In this document: positions 53,971 through 63,012 of the stretch, piece by piece
How positions within the stretch are numbered: position 1 is the stretch's first letter
How the letters are laid out: each line of letters begins with the position of its first letter
Source: a virus
DNA: 64,000 nucleotides
Reading direction: 5' to 3' (one strand)
Virus record (IMG/VR): IMGVR_UViG_2599185311_000001
Location: 1,978-65,977 of that record
Made by a program: the position numbers and the translations under genes
The notes under the pieces: generated by a model
Database searches by the model: none
Seen by the model: the letters and a program-made list of their open reading frames with translations, nothing else
What the model was told of the DNA's origin: nothing

Positions 53971-55665
53971 CTATGAGTTCGAGCCAATGAGTCCGAAAAA
54001 CCCATCAGCCAAGTAATTGTCGAGGCCGCTCTGGGCCTGGGGGTTTAGCGAGAGCAGCGAGATCGCGTTGAAGGCAGCCATCAATGGGTCGATCTTCGCC
54101 AAGCCGGACGCCTGCTTGGTGATCAGGATCGCGTTACCGGCCGGCACAACCCGGGCATTGCCGCAGCACCATGCCATCATCGGCTGGCCGCCATGAACCA
54201 GACCACCTTCGGCAAGCTTCCGCTCGGTGGTCTTGATTGCTCCGTTCAGTTTCCAGCCCTGGCTGATGCCGATAATCTTCTCCTCGGGGATCCCGGCCTC
54301 GGCCAGGGCGTCGAGAATGGCGCCGATCCCTGAAGGGTCGAGCCCAACCTTATCCAGCAGGCCGGCCGCTTCGACTCTGGCCACCAGCTCGGCGACCTCC
54401 TGCACGTCGTCGCCGATGGTCTCTACCAAGGTCAAATCGCCATTGCCGGCAAAATCCCGAAAACGCGGCGCCTCGCTTTTGCGGCGCTCCAACACTGAAG
54501 GATGAGCCCAGGCGTGCGTCCACAAGAGCCACTGCCGTGTGAGCTTGTCGCGGCCAGCGACAGCAAATCCCAGCAAGTCGTCCAAGCCGCCGCCGTCTAC
54601 ACCGACATCAACAACCTCGCAGCGATCGAGCAGTTGTTCGAAAGTCAGCCCGTCTGATAGGGCCTGGGCTTCCCAAAACTCGGCACCTGCCCAGCGATCA
54701 GACTTGAGCGACAGCCCGATCTCGACGTTTAGGTGTTTCGCAAGGAAGCCGCGGAATGACTCCTCGCCGTCCAGCTGTGCCTGCGCGTAGCCGCGCTCGA
54801 GGAACGGCTCATCAACCGAAAGCCCCAAGTTCGGGTTGGTGACATAAGCATTCGCGAAGTCGCGGTGCGCGCCAGCGTCTAGCATCGCCTTAGGAAACTC
54901 GTACAGCACCGGCAGAAATGACCGATCTTCTATCTCACCGTCGCGGACTTTCCGGGCATAGAGCAGCTTCTGCCGGAAGATGCCCGCGGGCGGGTCGTCC
55001 GACTGAGTGGTGGCATAAATCACGAAGCCTTCAGGCCGAGAGGCCAGGCCGCCGGTCGCCTCTCTGAGCATGGCTTCGGCACCATTACGCTTGCCGAACA
55101 CCCAAAGTTCATCAATGAAAATCCCGATGGCCTTTTTGCCTGACACGGTGTCATTGTCAGCCGCCACGACCTTCAGAGTGGCGCCGGTCTGGCGGTGGGT
55201 CACCGTACGGGTGTGGTTCTGTACCTGAATCAGCGCAGAAAGCTCAGGGTCTGCACCGATCATGTCCCTGATTGGCAGGTAGGAGTTGTCGGCAATTTCC
55301 TTGGTTGGGGCCAGAATTATGAATTCGCCCGACACCCTCCAATTGAGGATCAGCGCGGTCAGCATGATCCCGGCCGCGATAGTCGACTTGCCGTTTTTTT
55401 TGCTGATCAGCAGCATGAACTCGCTGATCAATCGACGCCCCTCGTCTGGGTCGTAGGCACCAAAGATAGCCGCCACAAAGTCGTTAACCCAGGCCCGAAC
55501 GGTTTCGCACATCAGCGGGCTGCCCGCGGCATCGACCATCCGAAGCGAGCCGAACACCTCGAGAGCCTCGGCGGCCTGATCCACAAACAGGGGCCCCTGG
55601 GGGATCAGTGACTCACGCGCGACGATCCGGCGCTCCCAATCGGGGCAGGCAGTAGTCCATTCCAT
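53971..55665 (-). CDS. terL: Terminase large subunit
   Basis: Walker A ISKKNGKST; Walker B IFIDELW; KIDPLMA. Confidence 0.95.
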   Translation of the reverse strand: MEWTTACPDWERRIVARESLIPQGPLFVDQAAEALEVFGSLRMVDAAGSPLMCETVRAWVNDFVAAIFGAYDPDEGRRLISEFMLLISKKNGKSTIAAGIMLTALILNWRVSGEFIILAPTKEIADNSYLPIRDMIGADPELSALIQVQNHTRTVTHRQTGATLKVVAADNDTVSGKKAIGIFIDELWVFGKRNGAEAMLREATGGLASRPEGFVIYATTQSDDPPAGIFRQKLLYARKVRDGEIEDRSFLPVLYEFPKAMLDAGAHRDFANAYVTNPNLGLSVDEPFLERGYAQAQLDGEESFRGFLAKHLNVEIGLSLKSDRWAGAEFWEAQALSDGLTFEQLLDRCEVVDVGVDGGGLDDLLGFAVAGRDKLTRQWLLWTHAWAHPSVLERRKSEAPRFRDFAGNGDLTLVETIGDDVQEVAELVARVEAAGLLDKVGLDPSGIGAILDALAEAGIPEEKIIGISQGWKLNGAIKTTERKLAEGGLVHGGQPMMAWCCGNARVVPAGNAILITKQASGLAKIDPLMAAFNAISLLSLNPQAQSGLDNYLADGFFGLIGSNS

Positions 55666-56162
55666 TATTTACCGCCTTTGACTGCTGTGAGTTTGGGCGG
55701 CTGACGGACACCGAAGCGGCCGGCCGCCGCCTTATCGGCTGCTTCCTTGGCGGCATCCTTCTTGCCGCCCTCGCCCTTGCGAGAATGAATGAAAGGCATC
55801 AACGCCTTTGCGGCATCCACTCTCAGCTTCGCCTCGCTACCTAAGTCATTCATGACCGCAAGAAGAAAGTCCTTCGGGTCGGAATGTCGAAGCGCCTGGG
55901 CCAAATCAAAGCCAGCCTCGACCGGGTCCGCAGGCTGCTCGTCCGGCTCTCCAGTCGCCGCAGCCTTCTGCACCGGAGCTTTAACAACTTTGTTAACGCC
56001 TGCTTGGGCAAGAGCCGCCACAACATTTGGGTGTTTTGCCAGCCTGGAACCGGCTACCGATGCGCTGGAAGCAGCGTAACCAGCGGCTATCGCTGCGTCT
56101 TTGTTCGACGCGCCACCCTGCACGGCAACGACAAAGGCGCGCTGTTTGGGTGTTAACGCCAT
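55665..56162 (-). CDS. terS: Terminase small subunit
   Basis: LTPKQRAFV..AAIAAGY HTH; coupled to terL. Confidence 0.92.
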   Translation of the reverse strand: MALTPKQRAFVVAVQGGASNKDAAIAAGYAASSASVAGSRLAKHPNVVAALAQAGVNKVVKAPVQKAAATGEPDEQPADPVEAGFDLAQALRHSDPKDFLLAVMNDLGSEAKLRVDAAKALMPFIHSRKGEGGKKDAAKEAADKAAAGRFGVRQPPKLTAVKGGK

Positions 56163-56169
56163 TAACAAA

Positions 56170-56290
56170 AAACCTCAAAAGGGGAAAAAATCTGCGCGTG
56201 AGAGGGGGAGTGGTCTGGAACAAAATGCCTCCCCACATTTTGACCGCCCCCGGGGTCTCGGCGCGGGGAGTTGGCGTGCTGCAATGGGCG
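56170..56290. other. Probable cos/packaging region
   Basis: Non-coding stretch upstream of terS with GGGGGCGGTCAAAA and G/C-run motifs; inferred from HK97-type gene order. Confidence 0.5.
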
Positions 56291-56311
56291 TGTGACGTGC
56301 TACAGATCGAC

Positions 56312-56956
56312 TCAGGCGTCATTCCTCAGCCACGGCGCCACTGTCGCTGGATCGACCTTGCGGCTCGGTGGACCTGACCGTCCCTTCCTTGGCGAGAAGA
56401 CATCGTCAAGTTTCCATCCCGCATCAAGCCTGTACTCAATGGCATTGCGTGACAGGTTGAGGTGTCGGCTCCACTCATTCAGGCACATCGTCTTGCCGTG
56501 GGCTGTGTAGCGCCTGCTCGACATCTGCTGATGCGTCTTCGTCATCTTGCGAAAGCCGCGCTTCTGATTGCATGCGGCACAGCTTGCGACCAGGTTTGTT
56601 GGACTGTTGTCGTCCTTCTGGTCGTTGAGGTGATCGACGTGCATGTCATCCCAGCACACGACAGCCGAGCACCAGTGGCATGCGAAAGGGCCAGCGCCGT
56701 GGTGCGCGTGGTAGACCGCTCGGTGCTCATAGACTCGGTTGCTGGTGCGTCGGAGTGCATGATTGGGGGCGTGTATCAGTTTGTACCCATGGCTATGAGT
56801 CAGGGCACCTGGCTTGACCACGTCCAGCTTATTGGTTGTTCCGTTGCGGCGGTGGCGCATGTAGTGCTTCTCGCACATCTGGGCGCCCTTACGGTTGGCC
56901 ACGCTTGCGCAGCCAGGCACTCGGCAGATCGCCGGCTGGTTGGGTTGAGTGAGCAT
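56312..56956 (-). CDS. Free-standing HNH homing-endonuclease-like protein
   Basis: CRVPGC..CEKHY Zn motif; VYEHRAVY; CHWC..MHVDHLN..NLVASCAACN; C-terminal HTH-like domain. Confidence 0.82.
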   Translation of the reverse strand: MLTQPNQPAICRVPGCASVANRKGAQMCEKHYMRHRRNGTTNKLDVVKPGALTHSHGYKLIHAPNHALRRTSNRVYEHRAVYHAHHGAGPFACHWCSAVVCWDDMHVDHLNDQKDDNSPTNLVASCAACNQKRGFRKMTKTHQQMSSRRYTAHGKTMCLNEWSRHLNLSRNAIEYRLDAGWKLDDVFSPRKGRSGPPSRKVDPATVAPWLRNDA

Positions 56957-56965
56957 GGGGTTCCT

Positions 56966-57304
56966 CTAAGGACGATGGTTGCGCTGTTCTTCTTGTTGCT
57001 TGACGGACGAGTGGCAGTGAGTGCAGAGCGAGACCCACTGGCTTTTGTCCCAGAAGATATCCATGTCGCCGCGATGCGGAACGCGGTGGTCGACAACAGA
57101 TGCTGCAGTGACCCTTCCCTCTCGCTGGCAGTACACGCAGAGCGGGTTGTCGTTGAGGTGGACCAGTCGGGCCTTCTGCCATTCGTAGTTGTAACCACGC
57201 TGACTTGATGTGGTCTTGCCTGTACGCCATGAGCCAGGCGCGGCAGTCGCGAGTCTGCTGCCCTGGGTGGTGACTCTGTTGCCCAAGGTCTGGATGCGGG
57301 CCAT
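56966..57304 (-). CDS. Packaging-associated HNH endonuclease (HK97 gp74-like)
   Basis: PLCVYC..VVDHRVPHRG..LCTHCHS. Confidence 0.9.
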   Translation of the reverse strand: MARIQTLGNRVTTQGSRLATAAPGSWRTGKTTSSQRGYNYEWQKARLVHLNDNPLCVYCQREGRVTAASVVDHRVPHRGDMDIFWDKSQWVSLCTHCHSSVKQQEEQRNHRP

Positions 57305-57480
57305 CACTCCTCCAGCGACAGCTTGATCGAGGCCAGGATCACACCGAGCGCGGCAGCTTTGGACGACCTGGCCAGTTCCACCACCAGGGCTTCAACCCGG
57401 GCAACTTCTGCCTGCTCGTCCACTGGCATCTCACTGACCATGCCTTTGATCTGGTAGTACTCGGCGCTCACTGCGCTCAT
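57304..57480 (-). CDS. Small hypothetical protein
   Basis: 58 aa, coupled to the HNH gene. Confidence 0.65.
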   Translation of the reverse strand: MSAVSAEYYQIKGMVSEMPVDEQAEVARVEALVVELARSSKAAALGVILASIKLSLEE

Positions 57481-57568
57481 TGGATTTTTACGCCTCGCTT
57501 GGGCAGTACTTGAAATAGTGGCGGGTTGCCGGTATTGGTTAAGCCTCGATAACAGCAAGGAGCGAACC

Positions 57569-57883
57569 ATGTCCAATCCAAAGGCGACTATTACCATTCA
57601 TACAACTGTGGGAGACCCAGAGGTGATCTATGGGGCTGAGTACAACCACAATCCTGGAGAGAGAACTTTCTCCCAGGGGGTGAATGACCCTGGCACCCTG
57701 ATAACGCGGCACGGCTGGCTCGCAGTGAAGACCACGGCCTTCCCTGGATGGAATGCCGCATACAGCGTCGATGTTTCGGATGAGCAAACAGGGGAAGACC
57801 TTACATTCGAAATAACCCGCTCCTTCAGCTATCCGGTCGAGAAAGAAGAATGGTTGTGGTTCCCCGTTAAGTCTCCACATTAA
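57569..57883 (+). CDS. Counter-oriented moron, unknown function (104 aa)
   Basis: AAGGAG RBS; opposite strand to the late operon. Confidence 0.7.
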   Translation: MSNPKATITIHTTVGDPEVIYGAEYNHNPGERTFSQGVNDPGTLITRHGWLAVKTTAFPGWNAAYSVDVSDEQTGEDLTFEITRSFSYPVEKEEWLWFPVKSPH

Positions 57884-57931
57884 AACGTTTGCCCGCGACA
57901 CAATTTGCTGCTGCGTGAAACGTGTCGCGGA

Positions 57932-58252
57932 TTACTGACTTACCCGGTCCACGGCTTCGATAGCCTTGTCCGCTGCCTGAGTGGCGGTTGTTGCTGCCTT
58001 GGTGGCCTTTTCGGCTGCCGTGCTGGTCTTGCGGGTCAGCTCATCCAGACGCTTGTCTCGCTCTACCATTGCAGTGGCATAGGCGCTGCGGATGTCTTCG
58101 ACCTGCTTGGACTGGCTCTCAGCGAGCGACCAGTAGCAGGCTTGATACCCGAGCACCGCCCCACCACCAACCAGGACAATCGCAATCGCCCAGACCTCGG
58201 CCCGGCGCCACCAGCGGCGAGCGATAAATTCCATCGCGCATCTCTCCATCAC
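57932..58252 (-). CDS. Membrane protein of the holin cassette
   Basis: One TM segment plus coiled coil; coupled to the upstream holin-like gene. Confidence 0.65.
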   Translation of the reverse strand: MMERCAMEFIARRWWRRAEVWAIAIVLVGGGAVLGYQACYWSLAESQSKQVEDIRSAYATAMVERDKRLDELTRKTSTAAEKATKAATTATQAADKAIEAVDRVSQ

Positions 58253-58620
58253 ACGACTCCTCCAAGCTTGGTGCGCAGGCGGTTGATTTCATCGCTCTGC
58301 AGAGTCACCCGTTCTGTAAGCTGGGCAACCTGACTGGTCAGCGCTTCGATCTTCCCTTCCATGCGGCCCACAGCGGCGGCCAGGTCGTTTCGCTCCTTCG
58401 CAAATTGATCGGCGCGGGCTTCGGCTTCCTTTCGGGCGGTGCGCTCGGAGTCGAGCAGCTCATTCAAACGGCGGACGGTGCCGATGTCGGCGTTATCCAT
58501 TGCCCGGTCGGCAGCGTCCTTAGAAAGAAACTTGCGCAACCAAAGCAGACCGCCCAGCACGACAGTGGCACTACCGCCAAGCCAGGTGGCTGTGCCTGGG
58601 CCGAGGTCGGTAGGATCCAT
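58249..58620 (-). CDS. Holin-like protein (first late gene)
   Basis: MDPTDLGPGTATWLGG TM segment plus coiled coil; first gene after the Q-like region. Confidence 0.6.
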   Translation of the reverse strand: MDPTDLGPGTATWLGGSATVVLGGLLWLRKFLSKDAADRAMDNADIGTVRRLNELLDSERTARKEAEARADQFAKERNDLAAAVGRMEGKIEALTSQVAQLTERVTLQSDEINRLRTKLGGVV

Positions 58621-58746
58621 CGCTACTCCAAAATGAAAATGGCCTGAGTTGGCCTTGGCTAATTCCCGGAAACAAAAAAGCCCCAGTATCAACTGAGGCT
58701 ATTGAAGTTTTTTTTCAGTTTTTTATTCAGCCGCCCTGCTGAGCGT

Positions 58747-59220
58747 CTACCTACTGATCGATCTCACGATGCCGAAGAAAAAGCCATCTACCGATGAGAT
58801 TTTTCCTCGCCAAAGCGTGCCGTCTCCTGGGATTGGGACGTTCCCACCGTTGTAAACCTTTGCGTCCTTTAAATGCAGATATTGCGAGGGCACTGAACTG
58901 CCTCCTGGGGGCCGTCTGGCGGTCAACAACTGGGTCATGGTATCGACACCAGAGTTAACTCCGCCTTCAGCTGCGCCAGCAAACCCAGCGATTACCTGAT
59001 CAAAATAGGTGTTTACTGAAATCAGAATACCGGTAACTAAACTTCCGCCAATTGTGAGGCTGATGGATGCTTCGATGCCGAAATCATTAGCAATGTGCAC
59101 AATACTTTGAAGCGTGTCATCTATACCACGCCCCTCCCAGGATCCTTTTAGAATCACAAGGTCGCTCAGGTCTTCTCTTAACTCTTCAACAGCCTCTAAA
59201 CCCTCGGCATTCTCACTCAT
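58747..59220 (-). CDS. Moron resembling the GvpU-like family
   Basis: D.TLQSIV..N..SLTIGGSLVTGILIS..YF..YLHLKDA..LWRGKISSVDGFFFG; flanked by terminator hairpins. Confidence 0.6.
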   Translation of the reverse strand: MSENAEGLEAVEELREDLSDLVILKGSWEGRGIDDTLQSIVHIANDFGIEASISLTIGGSLVTGILISVNTYFDQVIAGFAGAAEGGVNSGVDTMTQLLTARRPPGGSSVPSQYLHLKDAKVYNGGNVPIPGDGTLWRGKISSVDGFFFGIVRSISR

Positions 59221-59384
59221 CTTCATGGCTCCCAGCCTTTTATGTCGAGCGCCACCTATACTCCGAGAGTTTTAATTGCGCAACGAAAAAGCCCGACTCA
59301 ATGGCCGGGTTTTTCTTTGCTTGGTTGTCATCCTGTGATGCACCAAACCGCAGGTTCGAAATCTACGCGGTCACTCGGCCACTG

Positions 59385-59930
59385 TCAAGCGGCTTGCTGG
59401 TGCAGCAGACCACACTCCTCCAGCAGCGCCTCAACCGTCAGGTGGGCAGCGGCAACCTGGTCATCCAGCCACCGCTTGGTGATCGACCGCCAGCGCCGCA
59501 AGGTCCTGTCGGGCGTGCCGTCAGCATCCCAGCTGTGCAGCACGTAGAACGAGGCGGGAAGCCCATTGCGCCGCTCAGGAACCATCCATGCCATCACGCA
59601 CTTGGTCTTGAACAACTGGTGCGCCGGACTGACCACCCTCGGCGTGAGGTAGGCAGCCGCCGCCCTCACCTCGTTCTGATTGATCGAGTACTTGCCCACC
59701 AGGGCCTGCCACTGAATCTCTGGCAGCGCCCGCTTGAGGGTTGCCCGGGTCATCGAGTCCTGGGTCAGCCTTTCCTCCGGGGACAAGTCATCGCTCAGCG
59801 ATTGCCCGGGAAGCTCATCATCGAAGCTCGCCTTGTAATGGCGCTGCCAGGACGCCTTCTTGGTGCCGTCGTGGATCTCGATAGACATCACTCGGCTGAT
59901 GCAATGCGCAGCATCGCGGTAGACGGTCAT
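59385..59930 (-). CDS. Late-gene regulator, antiterminator Q-like
   Basis: Last early gene before the terminator and late operon; C-terminal TPDRTLRRWR HTH-like motif. Confidence 0.6.
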   Translation of the reverse strand: MTVYRDAAHCISRVMSIEIHDGTKKASWQRHYKASFDDELPGQSLSDDLSPEERLTQDSMTRATLKRALPEIQWQALVGKYSINQNEVRAAAAYLTPRVVSPAHQLFKTKCVMAWMVPERRNGLPASFYVLHSWDADGTPDRTLRRWRSITKRWLDDQVAAAHLTVEALLEECGLLHQQAA

Positions 59931-60229
59931 CAGGCAGCCCTCCGGATGCGACGCGGCGGCGGGTTGTCATCCAGCCCCAGCAGGTTGCGCAGCAGCTTGT
60001 CGGCCGCTGGGTTCTTGCTGTTGTTCTCCTGCACCCAGCGCTTGCAGTAATCCCCGAACTCGATATCAGTCCGGAGCGAGTGCCAACTGGCGACCATGTC
60101 CAACAAATCCGACAATGCCGCCGGGCCGCCGATCTTTTCCTGGGCCAGGGCCGCACCGGCGATCTTCAAGAATTTGCGTTCGTGTTCCAGCAGGCTTTTG
60201 CGCGGCAGCGCCGCTCTGACGTTACTCAT
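59930..60229 (-). CDS. Phage hypothetical protein (nin-type region)
   Basis: Coupled ORF of 99 aa. Confidence 0.7.
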   Translation of the reverse strand: MSNVRAALPRKSLLEHERKFLKIAGAALAQEKIGGPAALSDLLDMVASWHSLRTDIEFGDYCKRWVQENNSKNPAADKLLRNLLGLDDNPPPRRIRRAA

Positions 60230-60816
60230 AGGGTGGCACTCCGAACTTGCAGATATTCGTTTGGTTTCATGTCGCTGCGGGCTTGGGATGAAATGGCATG
60301 ACGCCAGGCGCGATACGCCTCCTCAGGCGATTCGCCTACCCCGGCCCATGGATGCTCCTTGGCGTAGCACCAGAAGGTGCCGCTGCGGCCGGTGATCCGT
60401 GCCTTCGGCAGTCGCCCGGTGAAACCAACCTTGCGGTGCCCAAGCCAATCGGCCACTGCCGGCCAGATAATCGCCTGCTCTGGCTTTGAGAAGTCCGTCT
60501 TGCCGTTGTTGTCGTGCACTTCGGCAAGGCCGTAGTCATCGTTCGCCACCCAGAGCCGGAAACCGCTGGGAACGTGCTGGATGTCGTACCCCTTCCGCGC
60601 CCACTTCCAATCATCCGGATACTCTCGAATCGACTCGGCGATGCGCTCAGCCTCGGGGTGCTTGGACGCCGGAACAAGGACGGCTCCTTTTGGCAAAACG
60701 CTGGACTTGCCGGCATCAAGGGAACCTTGCAAGGCGGCCAGGGCTTCCCCAGCAACGAAAGGCGCGGGGGCGGCGCTACGCCCCAGCAGCCGGGCCAGCA
60801 GATTAAAACTTCTCAT
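60226..60816 (-). CDS. Phage hypothetical protein
   Basis: Coupled to dnaB; 196 aa. Confidence 0.7.
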   Translation of the reverse strand: MRSFNLLARLLGRSAAPAPFVAGEALAALQGSLDAGKSSVLPKGAVLVPASKHPEAERIAESIREYPDDWKWARKGYDIQHVPSGFRLWVANDDYGLAEVHDNNGKTDFSKPEQAIIWPAVADWLGHRKVGFTGRLPKARITGRSGTFWCYAKEHPWAGVGESPEEAYRAWRHAISSQARSDMKPNEYLQVRSATL

Positions 60817-62185
60817 GGGTTTTCCTCCCCTTGAATCGGTCGGCAAGGGGGCGGTTCATTTCCACCTCCTCGTTGCTCGGCTCGCGACCGGCGAAATTGA
60901 CGAAGCGGGCGAACTTTCCTTGCTGCTGGACCATGCACGAGCCAACCGGCGCGTGCCTGCACTTAGGCATAAGCAGCTCAGTTGCACCGTTCTGCCCCTC
61001 CTCGCTGTCCATGTCGCGGTGAACCAAAATGATGCAGTGAGCGTCAGCCTCGATCTGCCCGGAATCCCGCAAGTCGGAGGCGATGGGCTTTTTGCCTGGA
61101 CGTTTTGTCGAGTCTCGGTTCAGTTGCGCCAGCAGAATCACCGGCACATCAAGCTCCTTGGCAATGTTCACGATGCCAGTGGAAATCTTCCCCAGCTCGG
61201 CGGTGCGGTTGAATGCCTTCCCGTCCGACCCGATCAGCCCGATGTAGTCGATCACCACCACGTCAAGCCCGTGCTTGCTCTTGACCTGGCGGCAGATGCT
61301 GCGAATGCGCGGCACCGTCAGGCCCGACTTGTCACAGACGTAGAGCGGTTTATCCAAGATTTTTTGGACTGCCGAAGTCAGGCGCGGCCAGTCATCGTCC
61401 TGCAACTGCCCATTGTCCAGCACCTGCAGGTCGACACTTCCAAGGGACGCCAGTGCGCGGTTGCCAAGCTCCTCCTCGGGCATCTCCAGAGAGAACACCA
61501 TGCCGACGCCGAGGCCGGTGCAGGCGATGTGTTGGGCGATCTGCAGGCCAAGCGTCGTTTTGCCGCTGCCCGGGAGGCCTGCAACGATGGTCACGGTCTT
61601 CTTGCGCAACCCGCGAATCAGCTTGTCCAGGTCTGCCAGGCCTGTAGAAAGTCCAGTCTTAAGCGTTTTGTTGAACTTGGAGTCGATGATGTCGACGTTT
61701 CTGGCCACCACCTCATCCATGCGCTTGTAATCCGGCTCGCCGGTGTCGAGATCGCGTAGGTCAGCCATGGCTTGCTGGGCACTGGCAATGATCTCTGCCA
61801 CCGGCTTGTTTTCGCTGGCCGATTCGCGCACAGCATCAGCGGCCTCAACCAGCCGGCGCAGCACCGCCCGCTCAGCCACGGTTCTCGCGTATGCACGCCA
61901 GTTCGCTGTGCTTGGCGTGTTCTTCGCCAACTCACCCGCATAGGCAATGGTTGACCCGCCACTGGGTAGATATGGCTTGTAATCGTGAAGCGTGACCGGG
62001 TCCACAGGCGCCCCAGTCGCGTGCAGATCTACCATCACCTGGAACAGCGCTGCGTTTTCCGGATCATGGAAGTCAGCAACCGTGACGCTGGCGGTGATCG
62101 GATCGAACAGATCGCCATCCAACATCAGGGCACCGAGAAGAGCGTGTTCTGCCTCGTCGCTGTAAAGCTCGCGATAGTCGTTCAT
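60803..62185 (-). CDS. dnaB: Replicative helicase (phage DnaB-like)
   Basis: AEHALLGALM; Walker A AGLPGSGKT; VIDYIGL; LAQLNR; SDLRDSGQIEADA. Confidence 0.95.
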   Translation of the reverse strand: MNDYRELYSDEAEHALLGALMLDGDLFDPITASVTVADFHDPENAALFQVMVDLHATGAPVDPVTLHDYKPYLPSGGSTIAYAGELAKNTPSTANWRAYARTVAERAVLRRLVEAADAVRESASENKPVAEIIASAQQAMADLRDLDTGEPDYKRMDEVVARNVDIIDSKFNKTLKTGLSTGLADLDKLIRGLRKKTVTIVAGLPGSGKTTLGLQIAQHIACTGLGVGMVFSLEMPEEELGNRALASLGSVDLQVLDNGQLQDDDWPRLTSAVQKILDKPLYVCDKSGLTVPRIRSICRQVKSKHGLDVVVIDYIGLIGSDGKAFNRTAELGKISTGIVNIAKELDVPVILLAQLNRDSTKRPGKKPIASDLRDSGQIEADAHCIILVHRDMDSEEGQNGATELLMPKCRHAPVGSCMVQQQGKFARFVNFAGREPSNEEVEMNRPLADRFKGRKTHEKF

Positions 62186-63012
62186 GCGCGCCCCCTTGCC
62201 GAGGCCCAGGTGAAGCCGACCAGGAGAGCACCGTTTTCCCGCAGCCGATCCAGGGCACGGGCGCCGATGTATTGCTCAAGACTTGGTGTGGCGTTCCCCG
62301 CTGCGTCCTGCTTCGATCTGGCAGGGAGGTTGGAGACCACCACCGTCGGACGCACCAGGTTATACCGGCGATCAAACACCTCATGCAGGACGCCCAGTTC
62401 GTACTGGGTGCCTGCCTGGGCGCCGACCTCGTCGATCACCAACAAGTCGAAACTCGCCAGTTCATTGATCACGTCGCCCTCGGTGTACCCGGCGTCCCTG
62501 ACCATTGATCGCTTGAACACGCGGATGATCTCGGCGGCGGTAGTGATCACCGCCACGGCCAGGTGTTGGCGAATGACGTGCTGGACGATGCCGCTGGCCA
62601 AGTGAGTCTTGCCGTTGCCGACGTTGCCACATAGCAGCAGGTTTCGACCGGCCTGGAAGTGCTCCCCGAAGTTGTCGGCGTAGCCCTGGCATGTTTCCAG
62701 TGCCTGGTCCATAGCCGGCGTGGTGGCACGGTAGGTGGTGAGAGTGCTCTCGGCAAACCGAGGCGTGATGCCAGAGCCCACAAGCGCGCTGTTGACGCTT
62801 TCGGCCCGTAGGTTCGCCAGCGCCTGTGAATGCTCGTCGCTGCCCTGAGGCGCAACGCGCAGGCCGTGGTACTGGCATTGCTTGCAAGGGCGTACAGCCA
62901 TCGAGCCGTCGAACTGCTCAACCTCCGAACGATCAACCTCGCCGTGGACGGGGCACTCACCGGTGAAGGTGCGCTGGTCAGGTTGGCGACGGAAATTAGA
63001 ACGCTGGGCCAT
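62182..63012 (-). CDS. DnaC/IstB-like helicase loader ATPase
   Basis: CPVH..CKQC; GNVGNGKTHLA; LLVIDEVG; RALDRL. Confidence 0.92.
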   Translation of the reverse strand: MAQRSNFRRQPDQRTFTGECPVHGEVDRSEVEQFDGSMAVRPCKQCQYHGLRVAPQGSDEHSQALANLRAESVNSALVGSGITPRFAESTLTTYRATTPAMDQALETCQGYADNFGEHFQAGRNLLLCGNVGNGKTHLASGIVQHVIRQHLAVAVITTAAEIIRVFKRSMVRDAGYTEGDVINELASFDLLVIDEVGAQAGTQYELGVLHEVFDRRYNLVRPTVVVSNLPARSKQDAAGNATPSLEQYIGARALDRLRENGALLVGFTWASARGRA

